Shown: positions 59,311 through 64,000 of the stretch, piece by piece
How the letters are laid out: every line of letters starts with the position of its first letter
Position numbering within the stretch: position 1 is the stretch's first letter
Source of the DNA: Malacoraja senta
Taxonomy: Eukaryota
NCBI GenBank assembly: GCA_038087875.1
Contig: CM076001.1
Location: 1,922,001 to 1,986,000 of the forward strand
Reading direction: 5' to 3'
DNA: 64,000 bases
Translations under genes and position numbers: made by a program
The notes under the pieces: model-generated
The model's input: the letters and a program-made list of their open reading frames with translations, nothing else
Database searches by the model: none
Told to the model about the DNA's origin: nothing

Positions 59311-59456
59311 TCTGCATTCTCTCTCTCCCTATCCCACCATCAACGAAGTCGCAGTAGATTCAAAGTCATCTTATTCAGTCTCATTGTCTATAACTCGTTC
59401 AAACCTAAGAAACAGCTAACAATGCCCCTTTTTCTTTATCGTTGTTATTTTTTTGC

Positions 59457-59995
59457 ATAGAAAAATAGGTGCAGGAGTAGGCATTTCGGCCCTTCGTGCC
59501 AGCACCGCCATTCAATATGATGACTGCTGATCATTTAAATATCAGTACCTCGTGCCTGCATTTGCCCCATATCCCTCGATTCCTTTAGCACAAAGACAAA
59601 AATCTAACCCTCTCTTGAAAACATCCCATGAATTGGCCTCTACTCCCTTCTGTGGCAGGGAATTCCACAGATTCGCAACTGTCTGTGTGAAAATGTTTTG
59701 CCTCATCTCAGTCCTAAATGGCCTACCCCTTATTCTTCAGCTTGTTTTGGGCTCCTCCAACATCAGGAACATATTTCCTGCATCTAGCCTGTCCAATCCT
59801 TTAATAAATATATATGTTTCTACAAGAGCCCCCCCATCCTAAAATCCAGTAAATACAAGCCCAGTCCACCCGTTCTTTCATCATATGTCAGTCAGGCCAT
59901 CCCGGGAATTAACCTACGACGCACTCCCTCAAAAGCAATAATGCTCTTCCTCAAATTAGGAGACCAAAATTGCACACAATACTCCAGGTGCGGTC
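59457..59995 (-). mobile_element. CR1 3' fragment (paralogue of 44632-45160)
   Basis: CR1 3'UTR at the same flank junction as the copy at 44632. Confidence 0.8.
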
Positions 59996-60029
59996 ACACA
60001 GGTGGCTCGCACAACTGCATGTATAACAC

Positions 60030-61945
60030 AGCAAATAGTAGCGGGAAACCAGAGGATTGGGAAACGTTCATAGGACAACAGAAGGAAACAAAACGGACAA
60101 CACGGGCTGAAAAGATGAAGTACGAGGGGAAGCTGGCCAGAAATATAAAGAGGGACGGTGAAAGCTTCGTTAGATATTTTAAGGAAAAAAGAATAGCAAA
60201 GTCAAATGTGGGTCCCTTGAAGGCAGACACGGGTGAAATCATTATGGGGAACAAGGAAATGGCAGAAGAGTTGAACAGGTACTTCGGATTGTCTTCACAA
60301 ATGGAGACACAAACAATCTCCCAGAAGTACTGGAGGACAGAGGATCTAAGGGGATAGGGGTACTGAAATACATTTTCATTAGGCGATAAATAGTAGTGCG
60401 TAGACTAATGGGACTGACGGATGATAAATCCCTTGGGCCTGATGGTCTGCATGCCAGGGTCATCAGGGAGGTGGCTCAAGGAATAGTGAACGCATTGGTG
60501 ATCATTTTCCAATGTTCAATAGATTCAGGATCAGTTCCTGTGGATTGCAGGATAGCTAATGTTATCCCACTTTTCAAGAAAGGAGCGAGAGAGAAAACGG
60601 GAAATTACAGACCAGTTAGCCTGACTTCGGTGGTGGGAAAGATCCTGGAGTCAATTATTAAATAGGTAACAATGGGGCATTTGGATAGCAATAAATGGAT
60701 TAGTCCAAGTCAGCATGGATATATGAAAGGAAACTCATTCTTGACTAATCGTCTGGGACAAGTAACATGGATGAAGGGGAGCCGGTGGATGTAGAGTGTC
60801 TGGACTTTCAGAAAGCCTTTGATAAGGTCCCGCACGGGAGACTGGTGACTAAAATTAGAGCACATGGTATTGGGGGTAGGGTGTTGACGTGGATAGAAAA
60901 TTGGTTGGCAGACAGGAAGCAAAGAGTAGGAGTGAACGGATCCTTTTCAGAATGGCAAGCAGTGGCGAGTGGAGTGCGGCAAGGCACGGTGTTGAGGCCG
61001 CAACTCTTTACCATATATATTAATGATTTGGAACAGGGAATTAGGAGAAACACTAGCAAGTTTGCGGATGACACAAAGCTGGGTGGCAGTGTGAGCTGTG
61101 AAGAGAATGTTAGGAGGTTGCAGGGTGACCTGGTCATGTTGAGTGAGTGGGCACATGCGTGGCAGATGCAGTATAATATAGATAAATGTGAGGTTATCCA
61201 CTTTGGCGGCAAAAACAAGGGGCAGATTATTATCTCAATGGGGTTAGGTTAGGTAATGGGGTGGTACTGCGAGACTTGGGTGTCCTTGTACACTATTCAC
61301 TGAAAGTTGGCGTGCAGGCACAGCAGGCAGTGAAGAAAACTAATGGAATGTTGGCCTTCATAAAAAGAGGAATTCAGCATAGGAGTAAAGAGGATCTTCT
61401 GCAATTGTATAAGGCTCTGACAAGGCCACATCTGGAGTATTGTGTGCAGTTTTGGTCTCCTAATTTGAGGAAGGACATCCTTGTGATTGAGGCAGTGCAG
61501 CGTAGGTTCACGAGATTGATGTCTGGGATGGCGGGACTGTCATGTGAGGAAAGAGGGGACAGACTAGGCTTGTATTCATTTGAGTTTAGAAGGATGAGGT
61601 GGGATCTTATAGAAACATATAAAATTATAAAAAGGACTGGACAAGCTAGATGCAGGAAACATGTTCCGAATGTTTGGCGGTGCAGATCCAGGGGCCTCAG
61701 TCTTAGAATAAAGGGGAAGCCATTTAATACTGAGGTGAGAAAAAACGTTTTCACCTCGAGAGTTATGTATTTGTGGATTTCCCTGGATTTAAGAGGGTGT
61801 TAGATGGAGCTCTAGGGGCTAGTGGAATCAAGGGATAATGGGAGAAGGCCGGCCCCGGATAATTGATTCGGGACGATCAGCCATGATCACAATGAATGGC
61901 GCTGCTTGCTCGAAGGGCCGTATGGCCTCCTCCTGCACCTGTTTT
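60030..61945 (+). mobile_element. 5'-truncated CR1 (RT and 3' end)
   Basis: [56 protein letters not shown]. Confidence 0.9.
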
Positions 61946-61949
61946 CTTT

Positions 61950-64000
61950 TCTTTCAAATTTTTTATTAGTTTTTTTCAAAACTAAATACAAAAAAACAAA
62001 AAAGTAATGATCAACATAACAGTGAAATTGATACATAGAGATCAGGGTTACATTAATAGCAGGTATAACCTAAATATGAGTCCAGTGTCAAAATAAACAT
62101 TGAATATAGACCTCCCGGTCTCTATGTAAATATAGTTAAGTGTTTAAAAGAGAACTTATATACATAAAAACAAAAAGATAAAACGAAAATCAAAAAAAAG
62201 AGAAAAAAGAGAAAAAACTAAAAAAAAAAAAAACTAAACAAAGAAGAAAAAGAAAAAAAAGAATCTGGGCTGCAAAGAGTTTCAACAATTTAATTCCTTG
62301 TTTGTCGTCAAGTCCGTTCCACCGTATACCAGTAAAAAAAATTATAACAGTTGGAGAGGGGACAGTTTATGGCGTATGAAAATGTTGAATACATCTTCCC
62401 CAAGTCCTATCAAATTTAACCAAGGGTTCAACAATGTCCTATTTTTTTCTAAATTTAAACATGATATCGTTTCAGTGTACCAATGGAATGTGGTCGGAGG
62501 ATTGGAATCTTTCCATGTAAATGAAATAGAAATTCCGTCAATTAATGTGGTAAAAGCAATCAACCGATGGGCTGAGCGGGACAGATGGATAGAATCTAAC
62601 ATTGGTAGCCCACAAATTGCAGTACTAGGGTGAGGTTGTAAATCAATACCTAAAACTTCAGAGTTAGTATCAAAAATGTATTTCCAATATTTTTCTAAAA
62701 GTGGGCAGGACCAAAACATATGAGTCAATGAGACCACTTCAGAATTACATCTGTCACAGGTAGGATTTATTTGACGATAAAAACGAGCTAACTTATCTTT
62801 TGACACATGAGCTCTGTGAACCTCCTTGAATTGTATCAAAGCGTATCTTGCACACATTCAGGAAGTATTAATTAATTGAAGAATTCCTTCCAATTTCTCA
62901 ATAGATAAAGACATTTTAAGTTCTCGTTCGGAGTCTTTCTTAATTTTATCAAATGTATATTTTTTTAATTTCAAAATCAACTCATAAATAGTCGTTTTAA
63001 GCCCTTCTGATAAGGGTTCAAATACAAATTTCCCCCAAAATATAGGTTTGATGTGGTAACGGAAAAAAATGGTAGAGTAGCCCTAAAAAATGTCTAATTT
63101 GTAAATATCTAAAACATGTGCGTTAGGTCAATTATATTTATTGGAGAGACGTTTAAAAGACATAAAACAACCATCCGAAAACTAATCACGTAAAGCTACT
63201 AATCCCTTCCTCTTCCATCACAGAGAGGCTTGATCAGTGCTTGAAGGTTGGAAGAAACAATTAGATATGATAGGACTCGATAAAATAAAATCATTGAATC
63301 CAAAATACTTACGAATTTGAAACCATATTCGAAGTGTATGTCTTAATATTGTGATAGTCGTATATTTATTCAATCTCGTAATTGTAAAAGGTAACGAGGC
63401 CCCTAGAATAGAAGCCAATAATAGCCTTTGCATAGAATCACGTTCAAGATTTATCCATCCTGGACATTGGGTATCTTCTAAATCTTTTGTCCAAAACGTT
63501 AAATAGCGAGCATTAACTGCTAATAAAAATTGGTATTGTCTGAAATAAATATAGAAACTTAGGTAAGATAAACATTTTAATAGCATTGATTCGGCCTATT
63601 AGAGACAATTAAAGGCGAAAAATTGGCTTTAAATAAATCCTTGTGTTTCTTGGTAATCTTAATGCCCAAATAACTAAAACATTCGGTAGTCAATCAAAAC
63701 GGAAACTGTCCATAATTCGAACCTAAATTGATTAATGGAAAGAGCTCAGTCTTACTAAGATTTAGTTTATAACCAGAAAAACTACTAAATTGATTAAGTA
63801 AAGCTACTATTGCCGGAATAGATTTCTCAGGGTTAGAAATGAATAATAACAGATCATCTGCATAAAGAGATAGCTTATGTGTCTTATTCCCACGGACAAT
63901 ACCAGAAATATTAGGGGATTCCCTAATAGCGGTGGCCAAAGGTTCCAAAGCAATATCAAACAGTAAAGGACTTAAAGGACAGCCCTGACTAGTACCTCGA
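61950..64000 (-). mobile_element. Degenerate L1 3' portion, running off the window
   Basis: LSLYADDLLLFISNPEKSIP and CDRCNSEVVSLTHMFWSC, a T-rich 3'UTR and an A-rich tail. Confidence 0.88.

Larger units (their letters stand above)
31940..60000 (+). repeat. Segmental duplication: ~31940-45160 versus ~53300-60000
   Basis: Colinear homology of the upstream palindrome, GPCR exons and intron, 3' flank, Penelope fragment and CR1 junction; roughly 80-90% identity by eye. Confidence 0.9.

Noticed and set aside
59457-61945. Head-to-head CR1 pieces as one twin-primed inverted insertion
   Set aside because: Both pieces carry their own 3' end, and the minus-strand piece is shared with the paralogue at 44632, so they are independent insertions.

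Overview
Repeat-rich genomic DNA from a vertebrate. The CR1, V-SINE, Penelope and L1 complement and the GPCR and TCR sequences point to a cartilaginous fish, probably a skate or ray (inference). Host genes: (1) one apparently intact T-cell-receptor alpha/delta-type V gene (leader 22348-22393, V exon 23020-23321, 23-spacer RSS 23322-23360), with no D, J or C seen in the window; (2) three members of a two-exon GPR139/GPR142-like class A GPCR family: a frameshifted pseudogene (minus strand, exon 2 at 2053-2953) and two intact 342-aa paralogues (32428-40507 and 53818-55582) in an old segmental duplication; (3) two decayed tRNA-Glu(TTC) copies. Mobile DNA includes a full-length L1 nested antisense inside another L1, a full-length L1 with intact ORF2, CR1 copies (one near full length), Penelope fragments with hammerhead-like motifs, Rex1 and L2-type tails, V-SINEs, a solo LTR, a Helitron-like end, and a 29-bp satellite carrying the RSS heptamer CACAGTG. 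There is an assembly gap at 51275-52767. Top observations: the second L1 is flanked by a ~285-bp direct duplication that copies GPCR exon 1, and one copy appears gene-converted by the distant paralogue; a lone TCR V gene lies inside the GPCR cluster next to a heptamer-bearing satellite. All alignments and counts were made by eye, so repeat boundaries are approximate.
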